Virus record (IMG/VR): IMGVR_UViG_2030936005_000025
Span: 200,204-264,203 of that record
Strand: one strand, 5' to 3'
Source of the DNA: a virus
Taxonomy: Duplodnaviria > Caudoviricetes
Length of the DNA: 64,000 nt
The translations under genes and the position numbers were made by a program. The notes under the pieces were generated by a model. It saw nothing but the letters and a program-made list of their open reading frames with translations. It was not told the DNA's origin and searched no databases. Shown in pieces: positions 13,992-24,703 of this stretch (position 1 is the stretch's first letter; each line of letters opens with the position of its first letter).

Positions 13992-16804
13992 TGTTTCACC
14001 TCAAAGTGTCCTTCAATTGCGACCTTACCTTTAAGGTAAAGTTCATTAACCATCTTGATAAACGTAAGCTGGTTAGGGGTAACAGTTTGAACAGAGAGAT
14101 TGCTGTATGGATGAACTGTAAAGAACTGAAGATCAAACCCAAGGATAATTGGGTCGTACTTCAACATCCATTCATAATCTTTGATGACCTGGTCCACTGT
14201 CTGTGGTGAATAAGGAACGGTTAATCCGGACGGTGTAGGTTCGGTCAAGAATCCTAAAATCAGGTCGTTCACGATTTTACTCAAGAACGGACTGAACAAG
14301 GTATACTTGTCTTCTGCCAGATAAATCGGTGAAGTCGGCTTATACGGTTTGTACTTCACATTCTGAGTGAGGTAGTCACCAATTTGTCCATCCAGCTCAA
14401 TCGCTTTATCGTAACCCCAATAGTCATCATAAAGATCGACGTACTTGTTAGCAGAGTAAATGTGCTTAACCTCGTAAGGCATGCCATTCAATGCTTTCAT
14501 GTTATCGCCGTGATGAATATCCTCAGCCCAATCAACAGAGTCAGTTAAATACAGACGACCGTTGATAATGGTTTTTGTTGGACGATCAATACGCAGGTTG
14601 TAGCGACCGTTATATCCAATCACGCCATCTGCAACAAAGCCCAACTCACTGGTATTCACCAAACCACGTGGAGATAAACCGGTACCGCGATACTGAATAA
14701 ACTGAGAGCCTTCCTTCAACCACATCTTGTTAATAATGTAGACATTGGGGAAATCCATAATGTAATCCACATTCTCAATCAGAGGATGTTGGTTCATCCA
14801 GATATCAATCTGACCTGGTTCGATAGGAAGCTGAATTCCCCCGATGCTCCACTTGAAGGTAATACCAAAACTCAGTGAGTTATCAAGGTGAGTCAGATAG
14901 AACTCGTTATAAAGATGAATGTCATTAAAGACAACCATCCCCACCCAGTTAACTGTATCGAACAGCCAATGAATATATCCATTCACTACTTCGTACTGCG
15001 TTGGATCTTCAGTGATGTCAATCCAATCACCAACAGGATATCCGCCCGGTGGTAAATCATTACCACCTTCATCTGTGGTTTCATCAGCACGATAGACTTT
15101 TAATTCACGCCCTTTTTCACCGTACGGATTTGTTCCATCGGTGGACACTTTGATTTCATTTGCAGTGATGTCACTTGGGTCATAATCAGGGTCGATTGCC
15201 CACTGTGCTTTATATACACGGAAGCCAAAGCCTTTACGCAAACGCACGTCGGTTTTGCTAATAACGTAACTCAACCAAGTTGAAGCCTGACCTAATGCCC
15301 ACTCGACATAGAAGCCATCTTTCTCTGGCATGTACCATTGCTGGTTTACTACTGAGACTTTACGAATCAGGAGCCCATTCTTATCGTATTCATAAGCTGT
15401 AGAGCTTTCGACAAAAGTAGGAGGGATTTGGTAACCCAGTCCTGAGGTAAAAGGTGCAGTCTTATGGAAGTTATCAAAGCCTGGATCTTCAGGTGTGATG
15501 TACGGCATGTACAGTGGAGAGTTAGACAGCGCAATACTGCAACCATGATAACCCAATGCATCGCGTACGGTCTCAGTGGTGAGTTTCTGAACGATGTCAT
15601 TCAATACCAGGTTGGTTGGCGCATTCTCTAATGTCGCTGCTTGCCATTCTTTTACGTTGGCAGCCGAACCTGTCATTGCACCCAGAATCTGAGAAGGGTC
15701 TTCTAACAGATACAGGTCATTGATACGACTGGATGTCGGACCGAGCAGGAACTTCCAACGAGTACTGTGATACGCCACAGTAACCTGAATGTCAGACATC
15801 TTGGTTTTCTTGGTAGTGTCTTCATCAATGAGACGACCGCCCAGATACTCAATGTAGTCTGCAGCCATGCCGTAATCTTGATGTGTCAACTGACGAACAG
15901 CATCTTCAGAGTTACGGTTAAAGTAATACGATTCGTTATTTAAGGTGTTGGTCACATAGAAGCGACAGTCCCCAAAGTAACGATATTCACGTGGTAAGTC
16001 ATTGAACCCAGGGAAGAGAATAACCTTGCGTTTACTGTCTAATGTCGACAGGTAATCCGGCATCGTCTTATAGTTATAAGACAAGATCATTTCAATTGAA
16101 GGGTCATAAGTAACCTCAACCAAATCGCCAGCACGTAACACCGCTGTTTCAATTGGTTTGATCTTACCGTTGTGGTAGAAAGAGACCATCCCCATGTCAT
16201 AAGCTTTCCACGCATTGTAGTTTGTCTTAATGCGTGTCCACTCATCCGCTGTTCCATAAACAGTCCCGATGTAACCGAAGCTGTACTTCAGTGCATTTTC
16301 AGGTGTCATGTTAAGAACATTGATATCCGTTGAATAACAGTGGATATAAAGATTCTTATCAAGCGGCATAGGGTAATTTTTGTTAACAGGAATAGCAACC
16401 AGCGTCACCCCGTCGAAGGCCGGCATAATCAATGTCCCTTCACGAGGGAACATCGAACCGTCTCCTTTATATACGTCAATTGCGACGGCACGGTTTTTAG
16501 CAAACGCTGCAGCAGTAACCCAGGTATCTACCGGATACCAACTCTTGCCACGATTTCCGAAGTTCCAGAATCCTGTATCAAGTCCACCCATGGTGAAGAC
16601 ATGATAGAACTGGTAGGTCGTCGGCAGATACCGACGTTTACCCATATAAACGAAATCGTTAACGTAGCCCTGTAAGCCAGACACACGTGCCAGTTTTATC
16701 TGGTACTGTGAGGGTAATTCAGGATTCCCCCACATATTGTGAACAGCATAGTCTACAAGCGGGTTATTTTCCTGGGTGTAAGTTTCTTGATAAGCAGTAG
16801 ACAT
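13988..16804 (-). CDS. Virion structural protein (phiKZ gp27-like, by synteny)
   Basis: 938 aa, aromatic and beta-rich; overlaps the next gene by 4 nt. Confidence 0.75.
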   Translation of the reverse strand: MSTAYQETYTQENNPLVDYAVHNMWGNPELPSQYQIKLARVSGLQGYVNDFVYMGKRRYLPTTYQFYHVFTMGGLDTGFWNFGNRGKSWYPVDTWVTAAAFAKNRAVAIDVYKGDGSMFPREGTLIMPAFDGVTLVAIPVNKNYPMPLDKNLYIHCYSTDINVLNMTPENALKYSFGYIGTVYGTADEWTRIKTNYNAWKAYDMGMVSFYHNGKIKPIETAVLRAGDLVEVTYDPSIEMILSYNYKTMPDYLSTLDSKRKVILFPGFNDLPREYRYFGDCRFYVTNTLNNESYYFNRNSEDAVRQLTHQDYGMAADYIEYLGGRLIDEDTTKKTKMSDIQVTVAYHSTRWKFLLGPTSSRINDLYLLEDPSQILGAMTGSAANVKEWQAATLENAPTNLVLNDIVQKLTTETVRDALGYHGCSIALSNSPLYMPYITPEDPGFDNFHKTAPFTSGLGYQIPPTFVESSTAYEYDKNGLLIRKVSVVNQQWYMPEKDGFYVEWALGQASTWLSYVISKTDVRLRKGFGFRVYKAQWAIDPDYDPSDITANEIKVSTDGTNPYGEKGRELKVYRADETTDEGGNDLPPGGYPVGDWIDITEDPTQYEVVNGYIHWLFDTVNWVGMVVFNDIHLYNEFYLTHLDNSLSFGITFKWSIGGIQLPIEPGQIDIWMNQHPLIENVDYIMDFPNVYIINKMWLKEGSQFIQYRGTGLSPRGLVNTSELGFVADGVIGYNGRYNLRIDRPTKTIINGRLYLTDSVDWAEDIHHGDNMKALNGMPYEVKHIYSANKYVDLYDDYWGYDKAIELDGQIGDYLTQNVKYKPYKPTSPIYLAEDKYTLFSPFLSKIVNDLILGFLTEPTPSGLTVPYSPQTVDQVIKDYEWMLKYDPIILGFDLQFFTVHPYSNLSVQTVTPNQLTFIKMVNELYLKGKVAIEGHFEVKQ

Positions 16805-16829
16805 TTGTTACCCCAAGATAAAATAAAGT

Positions 16830-17705
16830 TTATCGACCGGTGTAATAGAAGCCAACCGTTTGAATAAAGTTCGATACTGAACTGTCATTCTTCGGGTTCA
16901 GCTCTTGACCGACCGCGGTGTTCTGATAGATCTTCTCGGTCGCCGCACCATAGCAAATTGCTGTGAACAGAGTTGGCATTTCCAACGCAGCACCCATTAA
17001 CATGCGGAAGCCTGACGTTGCAAAGAAGATAGAAGAACCGGCCGCCACTAAACCACCCAGGTCTAAGCGAGAGAGGCTAAATAATGAAGGCTCGTTTTTG
17101 ATTGCGTTCAGCAGATCTGTCAGATTACCCAGGTATCCTAAATCAGCGATGATATTTGAAACATCAGACTGAGGGACACGCAGTGATCGAGAGATGGCAT
17201 TCTGACTCACAAAGGTGTAATCCACCGATGGATCTTCGAACAGGCAAACATAGTAGTGTGCCAGAATGATGCGCAGTGTCATCTTCTGGAGAACGTCCAA
17301 CGTTACTGTGCGTGCGAGCGCATTACCAAAAGCGTTAGCAAAAGCTTTCAGTGTATAAGGGCGCACTGTCTTAACCAGTGTGAGATTGTTACGCTGTAAA
17401 TCTTGCTGCAATATAGAAGCAAGCAACATCACGTTGTATTCCGGTACGTTGATATTGCGACCTGCTGAGTTAAAGTAGGTACGCTGATCAAGTACTGTCA
17501 CTGGTTCACGTTTGTAGTTTAAAACTGAGATTGGATAGACAAACTTTGGAAGTCCGAAATCGTTTTTATGATCGACACCATAAACACCGCGATTGTCAAT
17601 TTGATCCAGTCGCTGCGTGGTTTGGAGCAGCTTTATTGTTTCGGCTACTTTATCCTTGATTGCGAACTTGCTACCCACGGTAGTCTTGTAACCATCTAGA
17701 ATCAT
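16830..17705 (-). CDS. Virion structural protein (phiKZ gp28-like, by synteny)
   Basis: 291 aa, divergent from the sheath gene. Confidence 0.7.
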   Translation of the reverse strand: MILDGYKTTVGSKFAIKDKVAETIKLLQTTQRLDQIDNRGVYGVDHKNDFGLPKFVYPISVLNYKREPVTVLDQRTYFNSAGRNINVPEYNVMLLASILQQDLQRNNLTLVKTVRPYTLKAFANAFGNALARTVTLDVLQKMTLRIILAHYYVCLFEDPSVDYTFVSQNAISRSLRVPQSDVSNIIADLGYLGNLTDLLNAIKNEPSLFSLSRLDLGGLVAAGSSIFFATSGFRMLMGAALEMPTLFTAICYGAATEKIYQNTAVGQELNPKNDSSVSNFIQTVGFYYTGR

Positions 17706-17812
17706 GTCTCTAGTCCTGAAATAATGTTATGCGTGTTAACGTTAACTGTAATGCCCGAATTTTGGGTCATACGATTGATTTTTTTGATCAAAAAAATTAA
17801 TGAGGTAGAACA

Positions 17813-20032
17813 ATGGATACATTTTCCAAAGTGATACCAGGTAAAGTAGTTAATAACGGTATTGTAAGCCGAGAGACTTTCTCTTCTGCTGTTCCCGTTA
17901 TTTCTTCCCCTGCTCACTTTCCGGACTTTGCTGCCGTAACGCCTAAGGGCGCGACTAAGCACGGTACGGTGTCAATGGCGACCTTCAACGATAAGTTTGG
18001 GGACACCACTGACGCATTCGGGTTGTATTATAACCCGGTCACTCTCGCCATTCAAAAGTTAGGTGCTGCGGCACAAGCTTCTTTTGGTTTTAAGCGCCTG
18101 ACTAACAACACAGTCAAAGCACGCGTGATCGCGGGTATTGCAATCTTCACCGGTGAAGTTCCAAACTATAAACGTGATACCATTACTGGTGATTACGAGT
18201 TTGATGACGCTGGTAACCCAATTGTCGATACTGACACCCCGACTGTTCAAGGTAAATGGGTTTGCCCAGGTGTCTTGAAAACGACCGGTGATGTTGGAAC
18301 CGCCAAAGCATTTGAAGTTACTTCTGATGCATCTATCCCAGAAATTCCTGAAGGGACTGCCGGCAAGTTCTGGCCATTGAAAGAGTACGTCTCCGGTATC
18401 GGTGACTACTACAACAACGGTTATGCTGCATTCGGTCATAACACACTGACTGATTGGAACGCCGTCACTGAGTTCATCGAAGCCAACGGTGCATTCCCGT
18501 TTGTTCTGAACATCGGTACTGTCACCGACGCTGGTCTGCGTGTACCTGCTGCTACCGTAAATGGTACGCCAGATACTACGTTCACCATGTTCGATGTGGT
18601 CTCTGCTGAGAACGTTCGTTACAGCCTGAAAGCGGCTGTGGATTCCTACACTGGTGCCAACGTTAACCGTCAGGTTGAAACCGTTGATGCACCGTTCGAA
18701 GACAGCTATGTTTACGCGAATAACGTAAACGCAGTTGCCAAAGAACTATATGATGCTGAATACGGTACTGGGTCTGCTGAAGTCCCGCCTGTTGTTCAGT
18801 CTAAGCGTTTCCCGAAATTCGCTATCATGAACATGTGGGATCTGGTTAACCATAATGGTGTTCCATACAAACATATCGTGTTTGGTGGCAACTTCAATCT
18901 GGCGACTCAGGCGAACACTGTCACTGGTACCCGTATCAGTCTGAACCATTACCTGCAAGCTAACGGCGGTATCAACCCGTACGCTGACGCGGATGGTAAA
19001 TACCTGGCAGCGCCAAGCAATTGGAACGCAGCTAAGTACGGTGACTGGGTTGTGGACAACAGTGATCCGGATGCTATCCTTTCTCATGCTCAGTGCTGGG
19101 AAATGAACCAGATGCTTCTGGAAGCTTGGCTGACCGAATATAAATCGTCTCTGGATATCAAAGACGTGATTCGTAACCGTATCTCTTTCCTTTGGGATAT
19201 GGGTTACAAACAGTCGATCAAAAACCTGATCATCAGCTTCATGTCTGTGCGTAAAGATTTCATCGCTGTTCCTTGTGCGACCGAATATCTGAAAGACAAA
19301 ACGCAGGATGAACTCTACTCTACCGCAACCATGTTGAATACTCGTATCAGCATGATTCCAGAGTCAGACGTTTATAAGTCTCACGCTTGCCGTGCGTCTA
19401 TCAACCTGTGGAATGCACGCTACATCGACGAACCTACCTGGGGTCGTTTCACTCTGAACATCGATCTGATGTACTCCTTTGCTCTGGCAGGTGGTGGTTC
19501 TGATGGTCGTATCTTCGCAGCTCAGATGCCTGACCACGAAGGTAACCGTATCCTGCGTATTGCGCATGATCCGTTTGTTCAGTTCGAAGCTGACAACCCA
19601 GCAGCAGCCAACCTGATTAACGGTAACATCACCGTTACTCCGATCACCGAGTCTCAGTTCTGCCGTCCGGCACTGCCTACTGTTTATGACAACATCAACA
19701 GTGTGCTGAAAGATCTGACCAACGTGTGGAAGTGTGTGGTTGTTGAGAAGATTCTTCAAGATCAGTGGATCCAGGTTTCTGGCGATACTCAGATGACCAA
19801 AGAAGGTTACCTGTCTACCGTTAAGGATAACTCTGAAGCTCTGATCCGCGATCGCTTCGGTTCAGTTATCGGTAACTGGGAAGTTGTGACTTCGTTCCTC
19901 GAAGATTCACCGACTTCTAAATCTGTGATGTATGCTGTTACTAAGCTGTGGCTGGGTAAAGGTGTGTACATGATGGATTCAGTGCTGGAAGCTTACAACG
20001 AAGATAGCCTGGCAACCTCCACTGCAGCGTGA
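17813..20032 (+). CDS. Tail sheath protein (phiKZ gp29-like)
   Basis: 739 aa; WDMGY…K…FMSVRKD and sheath-like C-terminus; highly biased codon usage; followed by a tube-sized gene. Confidence 0.9.
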   Translation: MDTFSKVIPGKVVNNGIVSRETFSSAVPVISSPAHFPDFAAVTPKGATKHGTVSMATFNDKFGDTTDAFGLYYNPVTLAIQKLGAAAQASFGFKRLTNNTVKARVIAGIAIFTGEVPNYKRDTITGDYEFDDAGNPIVDTDTPTVQGKWVCPGVLKTTGDVGTAKAFEVTSDASIPEIPEGTAGKFWPLKEYVSGIGDYYNNGYAAFGHNTLTDWNAVTEFIEANGAFPFVLNIGTVTDAGLRVPAATVNGTPDTTFTMFDVVSAENVRYSLKAAVDSYTGANVNRQVETVDAPFEDSYVYANNVNAVAKELYDAEYGTGSAEVPPVVQSKRFPKFAIMNMWDLVNHNGVPYKHIVFGGNFNLATQANTVTGTRISLNHYLQANGGINPYADADGKYLAAPSNWNAAKYGDWVVDNSDPDAILSHAQCWEMNQMLLEAWLTEYKSSLDIKDVIRNRISFLWDMGYKQSIKNLIISFMSVRKDFIAVPCATEYLKDKTQDELYSTATMLNTRISMIPESDVYKSHACRASINLWNARYIDEPTWGRFTLNIDLMYSFALAGGGSDGRIFAAQMPDHEGNRILRIAHDPFVQFEADNPAAANLINGNITVTPITESQFCRPALPTVYDNINSVLKDLTNVWKCVVVEKILQDQWIQVSGDTQMTKEGYLSTVKDNSEALIRDRFGSVIGNWEVVTSFLEDSPTSKSVMYAVTKLWLGKGVYMMDSVLEAYNEDSLATSTAA

Positions 20033-20045
20033 TAAGGAATAAGAA

Positions 20046-20948
20046 ATGAGCACTAACTTTCCGCATCGCGATAATCTGACCTTGATGCCGGGTAACTCTG
20101 AATTTAAACGCGCGTTTGATATTGGTGAAACACCAGTGATCAATGCCGCGGCCGGCGGTGAGTATGGTTTCGCACCAGACAACTTCCGCTATGTTTCAGA
20201 GCAGCCTTACGTATCGCAGCGTCCTTATTGCGTAAACCTGTCAACTCCGTCTGCATTCAGTTCGCTTCCAGCGGGTGCTGAGCTTCATGGTCTGCTTCGT
20301 GCATACATGGAAACTCGTAGCCGTAACTGGAGTGGTCTGACTGCTCGTACGACTGTTGATTATCATGACATCACTTGGGCAGGTGGTTCTACCCTGAGCT
20401 TCCCTGTTGGTTCAAGCCGTCAGTTCGGTTCCGTGACCCACATGGCACTGGACCCTGAAGGTGAGAGCTTCTCCAAGCTGTTTGATACCTGGATCGACTA
20501 TCTGTTGAACGACCCAGTGATTCGTCACCCGAAAATCATCACCCTGAACTACAGCGGTGATCTGCTTCTGGACGAAATCTCTATGAGTTCGGTTTACTTT
20601 GAACCGACTCGTAACTGGAAAGACGTTCGTCACGCATTCATTTGCTTGGCACAGATGCCGAAAGAAGGTCCGAACTACGAGTTTGGCTTTGATGTCGATA
20701 ACGGCTCAGGCGCAGTTCGTGAAATCAGTACCGAGTTTACTGGTCTGATTGAGTTCGATACCTTGGCCGCTAAACAGATCGCACGTGCTGTAATGAAGCG
20801 TATGCCTCTTTACAACCCAGCCGGTCGCGCAGCGCCAGCAGGCTTCCTGGTACCAACTGCAACTCTGCAGGGTCTGCCGAATAACGGTCTGACTTCTCTG
20901 ATGCAGCAAGATGCCCGCCGTATCTCTGATCCTAAGTATATGGCATAA
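20046..20948 (+). CDS. Tail tube protein (phiKZ gp30-like)
   Basis: 300 aa directly after the sheath gene; GGEYGF…YVSEQPYV pattern typical of this family. Confidence 0.85.
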   Translation: MSTNFPHRDNLTLMPGNSEFKRAFDIGETPVINAAAGGEYGFAPDNFRYVSEQPYVSQRPYCVNLSTPSAFSSLPAGAELHGLLRAYMETRSRNWSGLTARTTVDYHDITWAGGSTLSFPVGSSRQFGSVTHMALDPEGESFSKLFDTWIDYLLNDPVIRHPKIITLNYSGDLLLDEISMSSVYFEPTRNWKDVRHAFICLAQMPKEGPNYEFGFDVDNGSGAVREISTEFTGLIEFDTLAAKQIARAVMKRMPLYNPAGRAAPAGFLVPTATLQGLPNNGLTSLMQQDARRISDPKYMA

Positions 20949-21005
20949 AAAAAATACATAAGTATTTACTCCTACTCACCTGGAAGGGTGAGTAGGAGTT
21001 TTTGT
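20947..21005. terminator. Bidirectional hairpin terminator
   Basis: 13-bp stem 20968-20980/20987-20999; T-rich run on +; A8 at 20947-20954. Confidence 0.8.
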
Positions 21006-21010
21006 TGTGC

Positions 21011-21421
21011 CTAACAATTTCTTATGTAACTTTTCAACTTTAACTGTATCTCGGATAACATCTTTCCATTAACAGGATCGAACGCCAATAAGTTAGCGGG
21101 ATCCTTCATGTTACTAAAATCAAAAAGATATTTGGAAAGACGACTGGTCTTATACCGGGATATAAAATGTTCGACTTGCTCAACAGGATTTACACCATCT
21201 ATGATTGGAAAGGTAATGGTCTCCGTCTTCCCTTTCCAACGATAAGTGCACAGCCGGGTATTGGGCTTGCCGGTTACAATGATCCTTCTGTTATTGTGAA
21301 TAATAACAAAGCTATCACTGGTTTCCGTATAGGTGACTTTGTCCTTCTTCACCCCATCCATGACATGCCCTATACCCATAGCCATCAAGAACAAGAGAAA
21401 GAAAAGGATAAATGTCATCAT
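21011..21421 (-). CDS. Membrane-anchored hypothetical protein
   Basis: 136 aa with N-terminal hydrophobic helix FILFFLLFLMAMGIG. Confidence 0.75.
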   Translation of the reverse strand: MMTFILFFLLFLMAMGIGHVMDGVKKDKVTYTETSDSFVIIHNNRRIIVTGKPNTRLCTYRWKGKTETITFPIIDGVNPVEQVEHFISRYKTSRLSKYLFDFSNMKDPANLLAFDPVNGKMLSEIQLKLKSYIRNC

Positions 21422-21879
21422 CGCTTCAATAACACCTTCAGTAGTAAATTCCTTTTGAACTCTCGATATAACGAGAGATCCTCTTTGGTCAGATATAGAC
21501 CTTTGAGTTTGGTTTCTTCGATTACACCTTCAGCCAGAGAGATAAAGTTTTCATGCACGCCTTCTAAGTGTTTAATTAAATTCACGTAGTCACGGAATGA
21601 AGAATTACTCGGTAGCTGAATGCTCATGTGCCTTACACCTTTTACTGTGTAAGTAGGTGAAACTATATTCTCATTGTAGAGTATGTCAAGCGTCCAATAT
21701 CGGGAACGTTCATCGATCAAAGATAAATGGAATCGATTAACGAGCACCTGGTGCCAACTTAGTTTATGTTTCGATGGAGGGATGTCTCGAATCCACCACC
21801 AACCTCCACCACCAACAAGAGCTAATATTCCACATACTGTAAGCGCTAACATCAACCAGTCATTAGGGTTGCGTAACAC
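21418..21879 (-). CDS. Membrane-anchored hypothetical protein
   Basis: 153 aa with N-terminal helix WLMLALTVCGILALVGGGGWWWI. Confidence 0.75.
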   Translation of the reverse strand: MLRNPNDWLMLALTVCGILALVGGGGWWWIRDIPPSKHKLSWHQVLVNRFHLSLIDERSRYWTLDILYNENIVSPTYTVKGVRHMSIQLPSNSSFRDYVNLIKHLEGVHENFISLAEGVIEETKLKGLYLTKEDLSLYREFKRNLLLKVLLKR

Positions 21880-22585
21880 TACCTCCTCCTAGAGCGATAT
21901 AGGTTGCTCTGATTAATTCCAGAGCGCTCTTTTCATCGTACAGTTTCTCAGCAAAATCATCCCATTCAGGTTTAAAAAATTCCATACCGATATCTGGGTA
22001 ACTCTTCCAGTGATAACCTTCGGCACCAAATTTCTCTATGAGATGATTGTAGACATCCTCCACGATGACTACCTCGTCCATGTTTCGCTTGAGACGGAAT
22101 TGAACTGCCCGACGCACATATTTGGCAAAGTCTGGCGCACCACTATCTGCGACGCTAACGATGGAGCTAATCAGTGAGCTGGGTTTGTAATGGTTAGAAC
22201 TACGGTGCTCAAGCACCGCCGTGGCGATAGTCATTACTTCATCATCATCAAACTCATCAAACCACAAAGTGTCGATAAGCTGATATGTTAATCCGTATCC
22301 TATCAAATGATGCTGCGAACGTTCATACCGACAACCAATGTCATGGAGCAGACATGCGACGTAAACCAGCAGGGTATCAGTTTCGTTAAGTTCTACTTTC
22401 TTACAGATCTCTTTTGCCAGTTTACAGACATCGTAAACATGAGACAAATTGTGCGCCGGATCATTTAAGGAAATAGAATGAACACAATGGCGGAGGAACT
22501 CTCTTCTGATACGATGATCAAAGAGCTCAGCCCATTCAATCTCCGTAGCAATGAGTTTCTCGTCCAATGTAATAACGTTTTCCAT
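21863..22585 (-). CDS. HD-domain phosphohydrolase
   Basis: HNLSH…LLHDIG…HH…EHR…VAD metal-binding pattern. Confidence 0.9.
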   Translation of the reverse strand: MENVITLDEKLIATEIEWAELFDHRIRREFLRHCVHSISLNDPAHNLSHVYDVCKLAKEICKKVELNETDTLLVYVACLLHDIGCRYERSQHHLIGYGLTYQLIDTLWFDEFDDDEVMTIATAVLEHRSSNHYKPSSLISSIVSVADSGAPDFAKYVRRAVQFRLKRNMDEVVIVEDVYNHLIEKFGAEGYHWKSYPDIGMEFFKPEWDDFAEKLYDEKSALELIRATYIALGGGSVTQP

Positions 22586-22628
22586 TTAAGCTTCCTTCGT
22601 AAACTAACTATGTAAGGGTATCGACATA

Positions 22629-22643
22629 ATAATATCTGTCTAT
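22629..22643 (-). promoter_or_regulatory. Phage early-type promoter (partial match)
   Basis: Minus strand reads ATA-GACA-GATATTAT; lacks the TCA element. Confidence 0.5.
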
Positions 22644-22656
22644 TTATTATTTTAAT

Positions 22657-22703
22657 AAAAAAAGTAAAGGAACGAAGCTAGAGTGCGAATTCGCACTCTA
22701 GCT
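22657..22703 (-). terminator. Hairpin terminator with displaced T7 tract
   Basis: 12-bp stem AGCTAGAGTGCG-AATT-CGCACTCTAGCT; A7 12 nt away. Confidence 0.7.
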
Positions 22704-22715
22704 ACAAAGGATTAA

Positions 22716-23381
22716 TTAAGGTTCTTCTGCAGCAGCAATATATGTGTTGTCAAGATCCAGTTTCAGACCTTCACATGTATCACGTACTTTGGACATCGCC
22801 TTATCCAATTGCTTGGCGGTAAACAGCGGACTCCAGGCAATCCCTTCGACCATGTTATCTTCAGTACCCTTATCAATCACGAATGCTAAGATAGTATCGC
22901 CAGGTAGTGAAGCGGCTTTATGTAAACCTGCCAGATAGTCATTATCACCGTTGGCTGTTGAGAATACTGGGTCTCGGTTCTCATCTGCCTCACGAATATC
23001 GGTTACATCTTTACCGTATTCCATGATGGAGATATCCACCTTACCTTTGGGAACGTAACCCTCATCATTGACAATCGAGTAACTGATGGCAGCTCCCTTC
23101 ATACGTAAGTCACAAACAAATACAACAGCCGCAGGCTTAGTGTCTTTGCCCTTCAGTCCCACGGTATAACCAAACAGGTTTTCCTGGAACTTAAAGTTCT
23201 TAACCGTTAACTGATCAGCCATTACACCTTTGTGGAGAACTTTACCGTAGAACTTATCGGCATCTAACTGAGATTGAACTTTGGCGTTCTTGCTCAGATC
23301 AACCTGACCATCGTCAGATTTATCACAACCGACCAACAGAAATACCACAACCAACATAATGCAGCTAAAGAGCTTTTTCAT
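22716..23381 (-). CDS. Lipoprotein, two-cysteine exported family member
   Basis: Lipobox LVGC; mature-domain cysteines in VFVCD and RDTCE. Confidence 0.85.
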   Translation of the reverse strand: MKKLFSCIMLVVVFLLVGCDKSDDGQVDLSKNAKVQSQLDADKFYGKVLHKGVMADQLTVKNFKFQENLFGYTVGLKGKDTKPAAVVFVCDLRMKGAAISYSIVNDEGYVPKGKVDISIMEYGKDVTDIREADENRDPVFSTANGDNDYLAGLHKAASLPGDTILAFVIDKGTEDNMVEGIAWSPLFTAKQLDKAMSKVRDTCEGLKLDLDNTYIAAAEEP

Positions 23382-23408
23382 CTACTTATTTCCTATGAAT
23401 GGACATAA

Positions 23409-23438
23409 CAACTCTACCCCCAAACGGAGGTAGAGTTG
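23409..23438. other. Intergenic hairpin (CTCTACC family), no T-tract
   Basis: CAACTCTACC/GGTAGAGTTG 10-bp stem. Confidence 0.5.
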
Positions 23439-23443
23439 AGAGG

Positions 23444-24058
23444 TTATTTGTTTTGGGTAGAACAAGGATGTTGGTTCAGGGTCAGGGCCGAAGTCATGAC
23501 AACTAAATCAACAGGAATGAATACTGCTTTTGAAGATGCTTGCACTTCTTCTAAGGAGTTGGCTACCCCGAAGACAAAGTACTTGAAACCTTCTTTAGCG
23601 AGATTGTCTTTCAATTGGAATGCAGTGATCATGAAGGCATCGCCCACAGGAACCTTATCACCCTTTGAAATAATCCCGCGCCATGCAGAAGCAACAATGA
23701 CATTTGATTTGGACTTAGCCATGTTGAAATAAATCTTATTGGCTGTTGGCGGGTTCTTGCCATCCAAACTGGTTACTTCCCAGGTGAAACCATCGTGAGA
23801 GCCTGGTGTGACACACTGCATCGTTACCTTGGCATTCTGGTCAGGGAAGGTAAAGCTCAGAGGTTCAACCTCATTACTAATTGCATCCTTGACACCAACT
23901 GCCTTAGCAACTTCAGTGTTCTTCTGGGTATCTACAGTCCCCGAAGGTCCTGATAAAATACCGATAACCAGAATTGCACCGATGACTATCATCAGCCACT
24001 GCCACTTAGTGAGTTTCTTTTCTTTCATTTGCTCTTTCTCAGGCCACTCGCCCATCAA
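23444..24058 (-). CDS. Membrane-anchored exported protein, two-cysteine family
   Basis: Transmembrane helix WQWLMIVIGAILVIGIL; cysteines in VTMQCV and HPCS. Confidence 0.8.
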   Translation of the reverse strand: MMGEWPEKEQMKEKKLTKWQWLMIVIGAILVIGILSGPSGTVDTQKNTEVAKAVGVKDAISNEVEPLSFTFPDQNAKVTMQCVTPGSHDGFTWEVTSLDGKNPPTANKIYFNMAKSKSNVIVASAWRGIISKGDKVPVGDAFMITAFQLKDNLAKEGFKYFVFGVANSLEEVQASSKAVFIPVDLVVMTSALTLNQHPCSTQNK

Positions 24059-24070
24059 CTTAATGATTGA

Positions 24071-24703
24071 TTAAATCGTATCGGTGAGGTTCTTCAGCGG
24101 GTATACCGAAGTCGCACCGCCGTTAATCTGACAACCTTTGGCATCCGGATATTCATCCATTGCATTCAGGATCTTCGATAGATAACCGCTGGGTAGTAAC
24201 ATCGAATGCGCGATTGGATTCTGATTGATTCCGCCAGTGGTTTCAAAGAACTCAAAGGAAATGAAGCCAGCCCCATTAAGTTTCTTCAGACGTTCAAAAG
24301 ACTTGCGCAGATTATCTTTATCTTTGGTACTGTCAAAGACTTTGACATCACCGCCGTGTTTATAACCACCATCAGGACCGTCATACACGTTGACCAAGAA
24401 ACCTGTCGCACCTTGCGCTTTACCACCCAGGACATCGTTCATGTAATAGAACGCTGTGATGGTTGCCTGCGTGGTATCACACTGAAGGACCACACGTTGA
24501 ACGGTGTTGGTTTCAGTATTCTTCAACGTCAGAGTAACATCGGCAATGCCGTCCATTACTTTATCCGCAGAGACAGAAGCACGGTCAGCAACCAGTGCGG
24601 TTTGTTTAACGTCTTCTTTGACATCGTAACTGGCTGCTTGGACAACCGTTGCGTAACCGCATAAAGAGACGCAAAGTGCAATTAAGAACTTATTGATTTT
24701 CAT
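24071..24703 (-). CDS. Secreted protein, two-cysteine family
   Basis: Signal peptide ending VQA-A; cysteines in VVLQCD and KGCQ. Confidence 0.85.
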   Translation of the reverse strand: MKINKFLIALCVSLCGYATVVQAASYDVKEDVKQTALVADRASVSADKVMDGIADVTLTLKNTETNTVQRVVLQCDTTQATITAFYYMNDVLGGKAQGATGFLVNVYDGPDGGYKHGGDVKVFDSTKDKDNLRKSFERLKKLNGAGFISFEFFETTGGINQNPIAHSMLLPSGYLSKILNAMDEYPDAKGCQINGGATSVYPLKNLTDTI